IMG/VR virus record: IMGVR_UViG_3300035180_001680
Reading direction: 5' to 3' (one strand)
Length of the DNA: 64,000 nucleotides
From: a virus
Taxonomy: Duplodnaviria; Caudoviricetes
The stretch's first letter is position 1; the number at the start of each line of letters is the position of its first letter. This document shows, piece after piece, positions 18,848-27,412 of this stretch. Position numbers and translations under genes: made by a program. The notes under the pieces were generated by a model. That model saw nothing but the letters and a program-made list of their open reading frames with translations, made no database searches and was not told the origin of the DNA.

Positions 18848-19405
18848 ATGAAAAAAATTGCTCTTATTATCGTGTTGACAATGTCGATGCCGGTGTTTGC
18901 TGCTGGTACAAGTTCGAGTTCTACGTCTGATTCGTATGCGTCGAGTGATGGTAACTCCCAAACCATTATCTACAACAACCCGGCCATTCCAACTACAACC
19001 ACACAGAATGTTAACTACTCTGGTGGAACAACATCTGATGTGAACACAACAGTCAACGGTACCACGACTCAGAACATTGTCCAGTCAGGAACAACCGGTC
19101 AAAACGTGAACTACAGTGGAACACAGACCATTAAAAACGTGCCTTCTGTTGGCGGTCCTGCTCTAACAAGCTCGAACGACACTTGTATGGGTTCTACTTC
19201 TGGTGGTATCGGTGTTGCTGGCTTCGGTTTCAGTCTCGGTTCTACGTGGACTGACAAGAACTGCAAAATGTTGAAGAACTCTCGTGAACTTTGGAACATG
19301 GGTATGCGTGCTGCTTCTATGGCTCGCATGTGCATGGACAGTGAGAATCGCGAGGCGTTGGAACTGACTGGTTTTACTTGCCCTACCAAAAAAGAAGACA
19401 AGTAA
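18848..19405 (+). CDS. Secreted protein with Cys-containing C-terminal domain
   Basis: Signal peptide MKKIALIIVLTMSMPVFA; Thr/Ser/Asn-rich linker; DTCMGSTSGG...FSLG...NC..LK..REL..MG...MC. Confidence 0.8.
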   Translation: MKKIALIIVLTMSMPVFAAGTSSSSTSDSYASSDGNSQTIIYNNPAIPTTTTQNVNYSGGTTSDVNTTVNGTTTQNIVQSGTTGQNVNYSGTQTIKNVPSVGGPALTSSNDTCMGSTSGGIGVAGFGFSLGSTWTDKNCKMLKNSRELWNMGMRAASMARMCMDSENREALELTGFTCPTKKEDK

Positions 19406-19432
19406 TCCATAACCCAACGAAAGGAGAGTAAC

Positions 19433-19873
19433 ATGAAAGTTTTAATTACGACACTACTTGCAGCGGCTTCGTTCTCTGCCCTGGCAGGAGATTTGGTAAT
19501 AGAACGTACGCCTCTTGGTTCCGGAACTCCAGGTCTTGAAGGTAGAGAAGCAACATATCTCATGCCAGATGGAATGCTGTTTGCTCCTCAATATCTTCCT
19601 AGCTTTCCAACAGCTGCGGTCATCTGGCCGAGGGTTGTTGAAGTTCAGTGTGAGTTGAAAGATAAAGTCACAGTTTGTGACGGATACCAATGGACGCCTA
19701 AATTGGGACGTGGTGAATATATTTTCATCGTTCCAGTTAACAAACCAGTTCCTCCTGCTCCGATTATCGTAACAAACACGATAGAACGAGTGGTGACAGT
19801 TCCGCTACCTGCTCAACCAGTAGTGGCACCTGAGACGCTGCCTCCAGCGCCCGACAAGAAAATTGGTGGTTAA
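19433..19873 (+). CDS. Secreted protein with Pro-rich C-terminus
   Basis: Signal peptide MKVLITTLLAAASFSALA; two Cys; GGAGAG RBS. Confidence 0.8.
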   Translation: MKVLITTLLAAASFSALAGDLVIERTPLGSGTPGLEGREATYLMPDGMLFAPQYLPSFPTAAVIWPRVVEVQCELKDKVTVCDGYQWTPKLGRGEYIFIVPVNKPVPPAPIIVTNTIERVVTVPLPAQPVVAPETLPPAPDKKIGG

Positions 19874-19875
19874 TG

Positions 19876-19903
19876 AAAATGGGGACTTCGGTCCCCATTT
19901 TTT
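19876..19903 (+). terminator. Intrinsic terminator closing the riboswitch operon
   Basis: aaaatggggac-ttcg-gtccccattttt. Confidence 0.9.
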
Positions 19904-19929
19904 ATTCTAATACTATAAACTATACACAT

Positions 19930-20286
19930 ATGATTACTGTAAGCATTTTAGTGGCAACAATTTGTTTCTCTGTTAACAACATAGAGGAATGCCACCCTAT
20001 ATTAATTGGTAAAAATACTCCAATCGGAACGTTTCCAATCACACATATGACTACAAAGAAACCAGGGTATGGTGGAGATATTTTAGTATTCAAAGAAACA
20101 TCAACCACCCTTTATGCTATTCATCGTCTCTGGAAATTTAACCCTAAGCAAAAACGTGAGCAACGTTTAGCAACAGCTACCCCAAAAGATAATATAATCA
20201 CAAGTGGTTGTATTAACGTTGAGTCTAAAGTGTACGAACGATTAACAGCGTGTTGTTCAAAAGAACCACTTGAAATCAAGAAGTAA
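19930..20286 (+). CDS. L,D-transpeptidase-like (YkuD-fold) protein
   Basis: PGYGGDIL.F, YAIHRLW, IITSGCINV (catalytic His and Cys equivalents). Confidence 0.7.
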   Translation: MITVSILVATICFSVNNIEECHPILIGKNTPIGTFPITHMTTKKPGYGGDILVFKETSTTLYAIHRLWKFNPKQKREQRLATATPKDNIITSGCINVESKVYERLTACCSKEPLEIKK

Positions 20287-20316
20287 ATCGTGTATAATAT
20301 CCCCATGGAGGACTTT

Positions 20317-20709
20317 ATGAAATCGATTTTGTTTGCTTTACCCCTGTTTGTTTTTGGTTGTAGCTCGTCGCCCCCACCAAAACCTGAAAATACTGAATGT
20401 ATCCAAGTTGCAAAGTACGCTCGAACAGTTGCTACACTTCGTGATATGAATGTTTCTGAATCAGACATTGATTCATTTTCGCAAGTTCCTATTGCACTCA
20501 CATTTCCGTATCGAAAGGTGAGAAGTGAAGTATATGCTACAAAAACTGAAACCCCTGCGGATGCGTTTACTAAGTTTTATCACAGATGTGATGAGGCTGG
20601 ATATTCAACACTTTTACAAGCACTCCAAGAAGATGAACGAAGAAGAATTGCAGAAGAGAAGAAAAAAAGCAGCGGAGGAAGAAGCAACACGTCAACAACG
20701 AATTATTAA
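20317..20709 (+). CDS. Lipoprotein (paralog of 22597)
   Basis: Lipobox VFGC; CIQVAKYARTV.TL...LTFPY..VR..VY...TP..AFT motif shared with 22597. Confidence 0.75.
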   Translation: MKSILFALPLFVFGCSSSPPPKPENTECIQVAKYARTVATLRDMNVSESDIDSFSQVPIALTFPYRKVRSEVYATKTETPADAFTKFYHRCDEAGYSTLLQALQEDERRRIAEEKKKSSGGRSNTSTTNY

Positions 20710-20756
20710 TGAGATGGTTGAAAAAATGAATAAGGCCAACCCATATATTACTCAAC

Positions 20757-21415
20757 GATGAAATTAGCCGCTGCCTATGGGGCACACAATCGGAATTAAC
20801 ACCGGCAGGTTAGGGTTTTTGAATGATTTCTCTTCTGTTCGTGAATTTTTAGTGAACAGTTTAGAAAAACTATTCACTAAACCACTTGTTGATGTGGATG
20901 AACGATTGCTTCTTTCTGTTTCTATCGAGACCAAGACTGAAATTGACTATAATATTGCCGTATCTGTCAATGAGTTTTCGATCGCTCATCTCGAGTCAGA
21001 TACAATTCTGAGTTTTGATATGTTCATTGATGATCGTTTTGCCGGAAGTCACCGAGCGAACAGTGTGATCGTAGCGACCCCAACTGGATCTACGGCATAC
21101 TCTTTGTCTGCTGGAGGGGCGATACTACATCCGTATATGGATGCAATCGAAATCGTTCCTGTTGCTTCTCTGCGAATGGCTTCTCGGCCGATTGCCGTTA
21201 GTGGAAAATCTGTTGTCAGAATCGTTGCTAATAGTAACGAACGGCAAGGTCCCATCATCATTCGATCTGATGGACAAAAAGTGCTGACCTGGAATAATAG
21301 TCGTGAAGCAATCGAAATTGTTGTAAAATGTACTGAAAATAAAGCGAAAATGCTTCACTCGAACGATTGGAACTTTTTCGATGTTCTGTCTACAAAAATG
21401 GGTTGGTTGACTTAG
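20757..21415 (+). pseudogene. nadK: NAD kinase copy 1, N-terminally truncated and frameshifted
   Basis: GINTGRLGFL, VNE, TPTGSTAYSLSAGG, DGQ present; GGDG motif absent; upstream KLAAAYGA is out of frame. Confidence 0.7.
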
Positions 21416-21423
21416 GAGGTCAT

Positions 21424-21555
21424 GTGAGAATCGTTGGACGTATGATATTGGGTTCATTAATAACAATGGGGGTTTCCTTTTTCTTTTGGTCCCAGTTTGG
21501 TATATTGATCACTATTCTGTGGTCAGGGTCAGCATTCTACCTTGGTGAACTTTAG
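21424..21555 (+). CDS. Small membrane protein
   Basis: GGAGG RBS; hydrophobic 43 aa. Confidence 0.5.
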   Translation: MRIVGRMILGSLITMGVSFFFWSQFGILITILWSGSAFYLGEL

Positions 21556-21574
21556 ATGGCAGTATGGATAAGGA

Positions 21575-21997
21575 GTGGTGTTTATGAAGTTCCATAAAGA
21601 AGTGGTTGAGTTGGGGTTTGAGTTTTCACATCCTTCATCTCTTATGGTAATTCTTCACGTTGAAAAAGATGTACCAAAGTTCAACGTGTTTGAATGTTTG
21701 TACAATAAATTGAAATCACTATTTGTCAAACGGTCGCGTGTTGCATTGTTTGCACGATGCACTCCAAGTATTTTTCGTGCTTCGTTGTCAGAAAGAATTG
21801 GTTTTCAACCAATTGCTTTGGCAGATAGGGTTTGGGATCTGACACACAAATATAAGATAAAAGATAGATACTCTCCTGAGTCTAAATTGACTCAAGATGA
21901 AATGGTACTGTTTGACAATTGTCCAGTTTGGACAAAAGATCAACTAAAAAAGTGGATGAAAATAGACACCGGAATCGGTGACGATGTTGTAATATAA
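21575..21997 (+). CDS. Hypothetical protein
   Basis: ORF with AAGGAG RBS. Confidence 0.65.
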   Translation: MVFMKFHKEVVELGFEFSHPSSLMVILHVEKDVPKFNVFECLYNKLKSLFVKRSRVALFARCTPSIFRASLSERIGFQPIALADRVWDLTHKYKIKDRYSPESKLTQDEMVLFDNCPVWTKDQLKKWMKIDTGIGDDVVI

Positions 21998-22008
21998 AAG
22001 GAAAAATA

Positions 22009-22179
22009 ATGATAGCTCAATTTGCAGAACTCACAAGGGCATACCTTGAACCTCACCGACATTACCATACCCTTGATCACATTATTCGTATGTTGAATAC
22101 AATTCGTGATCATAAGCTGGATGCAACCAAGGGATTGTTTGGACATCTTCTGAGCACGCATATCAAGCTGCGAAGCTGA
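22009..22179 (+). pseudogene. HD-domain phosphohydrolase N-terminal fragment
   Basis: AYLEPHRHYHTLDHI motif, then truncation. Confidence 0.6.
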
Positions 22180-22454
22180 AAGATAAAGACAAGATGTTGA
22201 AGTTTTCGAAACTTTCAACACCAAAAGATCCGGGTTACGGTGGAGACGTTTTGCAGTTTTACGAGGATTCAAAAAAAGTATACGCAATTCATCGACTTTG
22301 GCTTTTGAGACCATCTGAACATCGTGCTGCTCGTATATTATCAGAGAATCCCAAACAACACATGATAACACATGGTTGTATTAATGTGGAACCTGAAGTT
22401 TATGATAAGTTGGTAAATTGTTGTTTAACTGATAAATTGGAAATAAGAAAATGA
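22131..22454 (+). pseudogene. Chimera: NADAR N-terminal fragment fused in frame to L,D-transpeptidase C-terminal half
   Basis: GIVWTSSEHAYQAAK...STPKD joined at 22230 to PGYGGDVL..YAIHRLW..ITHGCINV. Confidence 0.65.
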
Positions 22455-22597
22455 AGATTCTAGTATTTTTTGGGGAATTTGTAACTGTGGCACTAGTTGG
22501 TATAGTAATTGGTATAGCAATTGGTATAGCAATTGGTATAGTAATCGGGACCGGTTTAATCCATTATGCTAAACAGATATATAAGTTCATTTTCTAA
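22451..22597 (+). CDS. Small membrane protein with glycine-zipper repeat
   Basis: MKILVFFGEFVTVALVGIVIGIAIGIAIGIVIGTGL...; 12-bp tandem DNA repeat; coupled start and stop. Confidence 0.55.
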   Translation: MKILVFFGEFVTVALVGIVIGIAIGIAIGIVIGTGLIHYAKQIYKFIF

Positions 22598-23055
22598 TGA
22601 AGAAATTTATAGCAGTATGTTTTGTATTAACTCTTTCAGCTTGTAGTGAAATCCCAACACAGCAACCGGTAGTTGATACACAGTGCCAAGTTGTAGCTTC
22701 ATATGCAAGAACAGTTGATACGTTAAAAAGAATGAATGTGGGAATAGAAGACTTAGACCAATATTCTGTTAAATCGAGTGTGTTAACTTTTCCTTATAAA
22801 GCAGTAAGACTTAATGTTTATTCTAATAATTACAAAACACCAACGGAAGCGTTTACTGTATTATATACTAAGTGTTTGGATGGGGGATACAACAATCTAT
22901 TAGTTACTTTAAGAGAGGTCAGCAAACAACAAATTATCGTTGAACAAACAAACAGTGAGAAACTTGAAGATTTAGCACCCAGTTGGAACCAACAGTTGTC
23001 TCCTTTTGCTGGTCAACTTAAAATGTCAACCAAATTAAGATACGCCCCTCAATAA
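22597..23055 (+). CDS. Lipoprotein (paralog of 20317)
   Basis: Lipobox LSAC; CQVVASYARTVDTL motif. Confidence 0.75.
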   Translation: MKKFIAVCFVLTLSACSEIPTQQPVVDTQCQVVASYARTVDTLKRMNVGIEDLDQYSVKSSVLTFPYKAVRLNVYSNNYKTPTEAFTVLYTKCLDGGYNNLLVTLREVSKQQIIVEQTNSEKLEDLAPSWNQQLSPFAGQLKMSTKLRYAPQ

Positions 23056-23085
23056 AATAAAACCCCTTTTCGGGGTTTTATTTTT
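23054..23085 (+). terminator. Intrinsic terminator
   Basis: aaaataaaacccc-ttttc-ggggttttatttt. Confidence 0.8.
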
Positions 23086-23184
23086 GGGGCGTTCCGTTCC
23101 CCGAACTACACAACGGTCCTAAGTGTTGTGTTTATTAAATATTTATAGTATTATGTCAAATATTAAAATCGGTTGGAGATTTAC

Positions 23185-24015
23185 ATGAAGTTTGATCGAG
23201 TGGTTATTATCCAAAAACTGGATAATAAAGAAGATGTTATTGTAAAACACATTGTATCGTCTATGATTCATTTAGTTGAAAAATACAATATTCCTGTTGT
23301 GTTAGATTCAAATTCTACTTATAATTCAAACACATTGTTTATAGCAGTAGGTGGGGATGGAACAATGCTATACACCCTAAAAAAAGCAGCTGCTGTTGGG
23401 GCTCTTGCTATTGGTGTAAATGCTGGGAAAGTTGGTTTTTTGACAGATGTTTTTCGTGAACAATTATTTACAACACTGGCTCCATTATTGTCTGATCAAT
23501 CATACGTTCCACCAATTCTTCTACGAATGATGTTAAAAACTTCTGTTTGTGGGTCTGAATTTATTTCGATGAATGAATTAACAATTGCCCATTCAGAGTC
23601 AGATACTATTTTAAACTTTGGGTTATTTATAGATGGTGAATTTGCTGGAAGTCACCGTGCAAACAGTGTGGTAATATCTACACCAACGGGTTCAACAGCA
23701 TATGCATTATCAGCAGGTGGCGCAATTTTACATCCTTCTATGGAAGCTATTGAAATTGTCCCAGTTGCCTCTTTGAAAATGGCTTCCCGACCTATTGTTG
23801 TGAGTGGACACTCCACGATTCGAATTGAAGCAAAATACTCACAAGGGTTACCGGTTGTGATTCGTTCCGACGGACAAAAAGCCTTTGTCCAATCGAGTGA
23901 TACAAAAGAAGTAGAGATTACAGTTAAACAATCAGATCAAAAGGCTAAAGCTATTTTAAGTAAAGATTGGAACTTTTTTGATGTGTTGTCGACGAAAATG
24001 GGTTGGTTATCTTAA
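23185..24015 (+). CDS. nadK: NAD kinase (intact copy)
   Basis: GGDGTML, GVNAGKVGFL, MNE, TPTGSTAYALSAGG, DGQ. Confidence 0.92.
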   Translation: MKFDRVVIIQKLDNKEDVIVKHIVSSMIHLVEKYNIPVVLDSNSTYNSNTLFIAVGGDGTMLYTLKKAAAVGALAIGVNAGKVGFLTDVFREQLFTTLAPLLSDQSYVPPILLRMMLKTSVCGSEFISMNELTIAHSESDTILNFGLFIDGEFAGSHRANSVVISTPTGSTAYALSAGGAILHPSMEAIEIVPVASLKMASRPIVVSGHSTIRIEAKYSQGLPVVIRSDGQKAFVQSSDTKEVEITVKQSDQKAKAILSKDWNFFDVLSTKMGWLS

Positions 24016-24027
24016 AAAGGGAATTTC

Positions 24028-24114
24028 ATGAATATTAATATTGCTAAAATAACAAAGGCTTATATGGAGCCACATCGTTACTACCACACATTACCATATT
24101 ATAGATATGTTTGA
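24028..24114 (+). pseudogene. Second HD-domain N-terminal fragment
   Basis: AYMEPHRYYHTL followed by a frameshift and stop. Confidence 0.55.
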
Positions 24115-24120
24115 TGCTGC

Positions 24121-24372
24121 TTGACGATTCCATTTGCAGTTAAATTTGATATTATGTTTGAGATTGTAAAAGCAAAATTTTTTCAGAATAAAGATTTAGC
24201 TGAACGATTAATAGCTACTGGTGATGCTTATCTGGAAGAAACAAATACTTGGCATGATACAGTTTGGGGAGTGTGTAATGGTATTGGAACAAACTGGCTT
24301 GGACAAATATTATCTCTAGTTCGACTAGATTTAATACATAAAAAGTTTATTGAGGAGACTATAGATGGATAA
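24121..24372 (+). pseudogene. NADAR (YbiA-like) C-terminal half
   Basis: KFDIMFEIVKAKFFQN..L..RLIATG..YLEETNTWHDTVWGVCNG.GTNWLG.IL. Confidence 0.7.
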
Positions 24373-24571
24373 ATTTGATTTAGAGCAAGCAATATTAATG
24401 GCGTGGCACACCAGTGATGACCTTCGGTTGGTGATCGAATATATTACTGAACAGAACCTTTCAACAGATCAAATTTTAAATATGTTGATAGGATTAGCGG
24501 GACTTCATGACCTTCGTTGTGAAAAAACGGTTAATGTATTTGAACGACTGATTAATGAAAGAAAAATTTAA
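24365..24571 (+). CDS. Hypothetical protein
   Basis: Coupled ORF. Confidence 0.65.
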   Translation: MDKFDLEQAILMAWHTSDDLRLVIEYITEQNLSTDQILNMLIGLAGLHDLRCEKTVNVFERLINERKI

Positions 24572-25314
24572 TGATATCCCATCCAACGTTTAATAGAGGT
24601 AACATCTATTTATCTGGTGCTATGGAGTTTGCTAGCGATGGACAATTTGGGAAACTGTGGAGGGAACAGTGTTCCGTTGAACTAAAAAAGATGGGATACT
24701 ATCCTTTGGATATCACAGCGCTTGATGTTGCGTATTCTGAACAACATGGTGATATTTTTCGAGTCATCGATAAAACTGATCCGTTGCAACGAAAAATGCA
24801 TATTAGAAAACACTTTGTCTACACCGACTTACAGTTAATCGAAAAGGATTCAGATGCATTAATTGTTCTTCTCGATGAAGGGGTTCAAAAAGGAGCAGGG
24901 ACAATTTCAGAGTGTCAATTTGCATACACAAAAGATATTCCCATCTTTGTCGTTAATGCTCTCCCACAAAGTGAACGGGTTAGTGGGTGGTTGTTTGCGC
25001 TATCAACCAAAATATTTGATTCATTTGATGAACTGTATGTTTATTTGAATGCTCTTCCAAGAGAAATTTTAAAACGAGACATTTTTGGCAATCATCATGG
25101 AAGTGATCATTATTTGTGTTCTTTGTGTGGTGACTCATTTAAGAAAAATAAAACACACTATGTATCAAAGGTTTCCCCTCTTTATTGTAAGAGCTGTGTC
25201 GATCTGGTGAAAGAAACACACGAGATGCATAAAGATCGTTATGAATTCATGGTTGAGTGTTTGAGTTCCGAAGCCACCACAGACGACCCTCCACTCAGAA
25301 CGAGTGCTGTTTGA
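24571..25314 (+). CDS. Nucleoside 2-deoxyribosyltransferase-like protein with C-terminal Zn ribbon
   Basis: IYLSGAM, DLQLIEKDSDAL, GAGTISECQFA; CSLC...CKSC. Confidence 0.7.
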   Translation: MISHPTFNRGNIYLSGAMEFASDGQFGKLWREQCSVELKKMGYYPLDITALDVAYSEQHGDIFRVIDKTDPLQRKMHIRKHFVYTDLQLIEKDSDALIVLLDEGVQKGAGTISECQFAYTKDIPIFVVNALPQSERVSGWLFALSTKIFDSFDELYVYLNALPREILKRDIFGNHHGSDHYLCSLCGDSFKKNKTHYVSKVSPLYCKSCVDLVKETHEMHKDRYEFMVECLSSEATTDDPPLRTSAV

Positions 25315-25454
25315 TTGCAAAATATAGTGAAAAAGTTTCCTTTGGTGGAAATAGATATACCACCTTGTCCCAGGTGTGGAAGATGTATTGGTAGTGGAGT
25401 AAGTAAGTTGTGTAGTGATAAAAGTTGTCCCAACAAACATTAAAAGGAAATAAA

Positions 25455-25739
25455 ATGCCATATGTGAAACAAGTCATTCGTGAAGAATTGGATGAACCAA
25501 TTTCTGAATTGTCAGAAGCTATTCTTCGTTTATACAAAAACGAAGGTCGAGATCGTGACGGAATGTTGAACTATACCATCACCAAAATGTTGTTACAAAC
25601 ATATCCAAGTGTTTCATATAAAATTTACAATGAAATCATAGGGTTATTGGAGTGCTGTAAACTTGAGTTCTATCGTAAGCAAGTAGCTGATTATGAAGAT
25701 GAAAAAGAAGCTGAAAACGGAAAAGTAACAAAGGATTGA
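25455..25739 (+). CDS. Conserved phage hypothetical protein
   Basis: MPYVKQ..R...GMLNYTIT...IGLLECCKLEFYR...YED.K..ENG. Confidence 0.7.
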   Translation: MPYVKQVIREELDEPISELSEAILRLYKNEGRDRDGMLNYTITKMLLQTYPSVSYKIYNEIIGLLECCKLEFYRKQVADYEDEKEAENGKVTKD

Positions 25740-25740
25740 T

Positions 25741-26049
25741 ATGAACTATTGGGAAGACCGAATCTCCAATCAAACGTTCGATGGTGATCAAAAATATAGA
25801 GTGTTTGTAGTTCATAATTTTTATAATGGGCACTGTTATGACTACTCTGGACGCACGTGTGTAGTTTATGGTCGTAGTCCGGAAGACGCTCTTGCGCGTG
25901 CCCGGTGGGATAAAGAACTGATTGAGGGAGATTTCAGAAAACGGAGAGTTTGCTCTACCCCTTTTAGTAAAGGTCGATTGTTGATTAAAAAATCAGACAA
26001 ATATCATTTAAAGGATCGTGATATACATTCTCCACTTTTGATAGGATAA
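25741..26049 (+). CDS. Hypothetical protein
   Basis: Coupled ORF. Confidence 0.6.
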   Translation: MNYWEDRISNQTFDGDQKYRVFVVHNFYNGHCYDYSGRTCVVYGRSPEDALARARWDKELIEGDFRKRRVCSTPFSKGRLLIKKSDKYHLKDRDIHSPLLIG

Positions 26050-26052
26050 CAA

Positions 26053-26517
26053 ATGAAACATTTAAAGAAAGATTTAACCACCGTTGAATGTGGGTTAATT
26101 ATACATGGGGTAAATTGTAGGGGATCATTTGGGTCAGGAATTGCAGGTGCAATCCGTCGTAAGTGGCCTTCTGTATACCAATCATATATGAATGCATACC
26201 ACAATTCCAGAGAGAATAACACACAGTTACTTGGTGATGTTGATTTTGCTCTTGTTCACGACGAACCTCTATTATATGTTGCAAATTTGTTTAGTCAAGA
26301 ATATTATGGAAATGACGGGAAGACATACGCGAATCCAATGGCAATTAAACTTGGTCTAACGAAATGTTTTATGTTCGCTGACAAAAACGACCTTACAATA
26401 TACTCTGGAAAGGTTGGATGTGGATTGGGCGGGTTACGTTGGGCAAATGACGTTGAACCGATTTTTGAACAATTGGAAACCCAGTTTTCTAAATCAGTAT
26501 ATATTTGTGATATCTAA
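26053..26517 (+). CDS. Macro-domain (ADP-ribose processing) protein
   Basis: IIHGVNCRGSFGSGIAGAIRRKWP, VANLFSQ, VGCGLGG..W. Confidence 0.88.
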   Translation: MKHLKKDLTTVECGLIIHGVNCRGSFGSGIAGAIRRKWPSVYQSYMNAYHNSRENNTQLLGDVDFALVHDEPLLYVANLFSQEYYGNDGKTYANPMAIKLGLTKCFMFADKNDLTIYSGKVGCGLGGLRWANDVEPIFEQLETQFSKSVYICDI

Positions 26518-26524
26518 GAAAATT

Positions 26525-26956
26525 ATGAATACCGAACTTAATATTGAAAGATTGCATCATGTAACTGAATGTCTTCAGATGGGAATTAGATTACCAAGAC
26601 AGAGTGGAAAAACACTATCGATGATATATCAACTTATTGGTTCTGTTGAAGTCGCACAACCAAATTCTACATTCGTAGTTATCGCTCATAATTCCCACTG
26701 GCGAAAACAATTAATTCTTCAAGTACTAGATGAAATTGAACACAATTCATCTATTGGAATGCAGCTTGTGAAACAAACTGAATTTCTAACAGTAAACGGA
26801 ATTCACGTTATGTTTATATTACCAGAAGATGTTAAGTATCGTGGGTTATGTGGAATTAATGTCACAAATTATTTTATTGACGACGAAGAACAGTTTTATG
26901 AGATTTACAAATACGACGCAGATGAGATAATCAGTCATTTACAAACAAGATTATAA
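26525..26956 (+). CDS. Small P-loop protein (terminase-ATPase-like motifs)
   Basis: LPRQSGKT Walker A; YFIDD Walker-B-like. Confidence 0.5.
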   Translation: MNTELNIERLHHVTECLQMGIRLPRQSGKTLSMIYQLIGSVEVAQPNSTFVVIAHNSHWRKQLILQVLDEIEHNSSIGMQLVKQTEFLTVNGIHVMFILPEDVKYRGLCGINVTNYFIDDEEQFYEIYKYDADEIISHLQTRL

Positions 26957-26965
26957 GGAGAAAAC

Positions 26966-27154
26966 ATGCTTACAGATTCAACCCCAACTAAGACAATCAT
27001 TTTTGTTAAATCATCTAAAGGAACATTTGGTCCCTACCCATCACGAATGTTTGCTGAACAAATGGTTATGAATGGACAAATTCCAAAAAACCCAAATGAA
27101 CTTCCACAGATTGTGGAGAGATATGAAGACGGAAAAGAACTTCTCCTTGGATAA
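26966..27154 (+). CDS. Hypothetical protein
   Basis: AAGGAG RBS. Confidence 0.6.
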   Translation: MLTDSTPTKTIIFVKSSKGTFGPYPSRMFAEQMVMNGQIPKNPNELPQIVERYEDGKELLLG

Positions 27155-27210
27155 TTTTAAAATAATTGGTGAATGTAGTAAATATCTTTTATCGTTGGTT
27201 GGGGTTAAAA

Positions 27211-27366
27211 TATGGATAAAACAGAACTGTTAATTTCAGTGATTGATAAAGCAAGCGAATTATATGATATTCTTACAGATTCCGATTTATTGGACCCTGT
27301 TGAAACTGAAGGTGCATTGGAGCTCCTTCAACAATTCCGAGAAGAATTAGAAATATTAGTTGATTA
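27211..27366 (+). CDS. Small acidic hypothetical protein
   Basis: MDKTELLISVIDKASELY... 51-aa ORF read by eye. Confidence 0.5.
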
Positions 27367-27412
27367 AAAAATGATGTTCAGTTATACTTTCTGGTAATAA
27401 TCTGGGAACAAG

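Noticed and set aside
26525-26956. Terminase large subunit
   Set aside because: It has an RQSGKT motif but is only about 143 aa with no nuclease domain.
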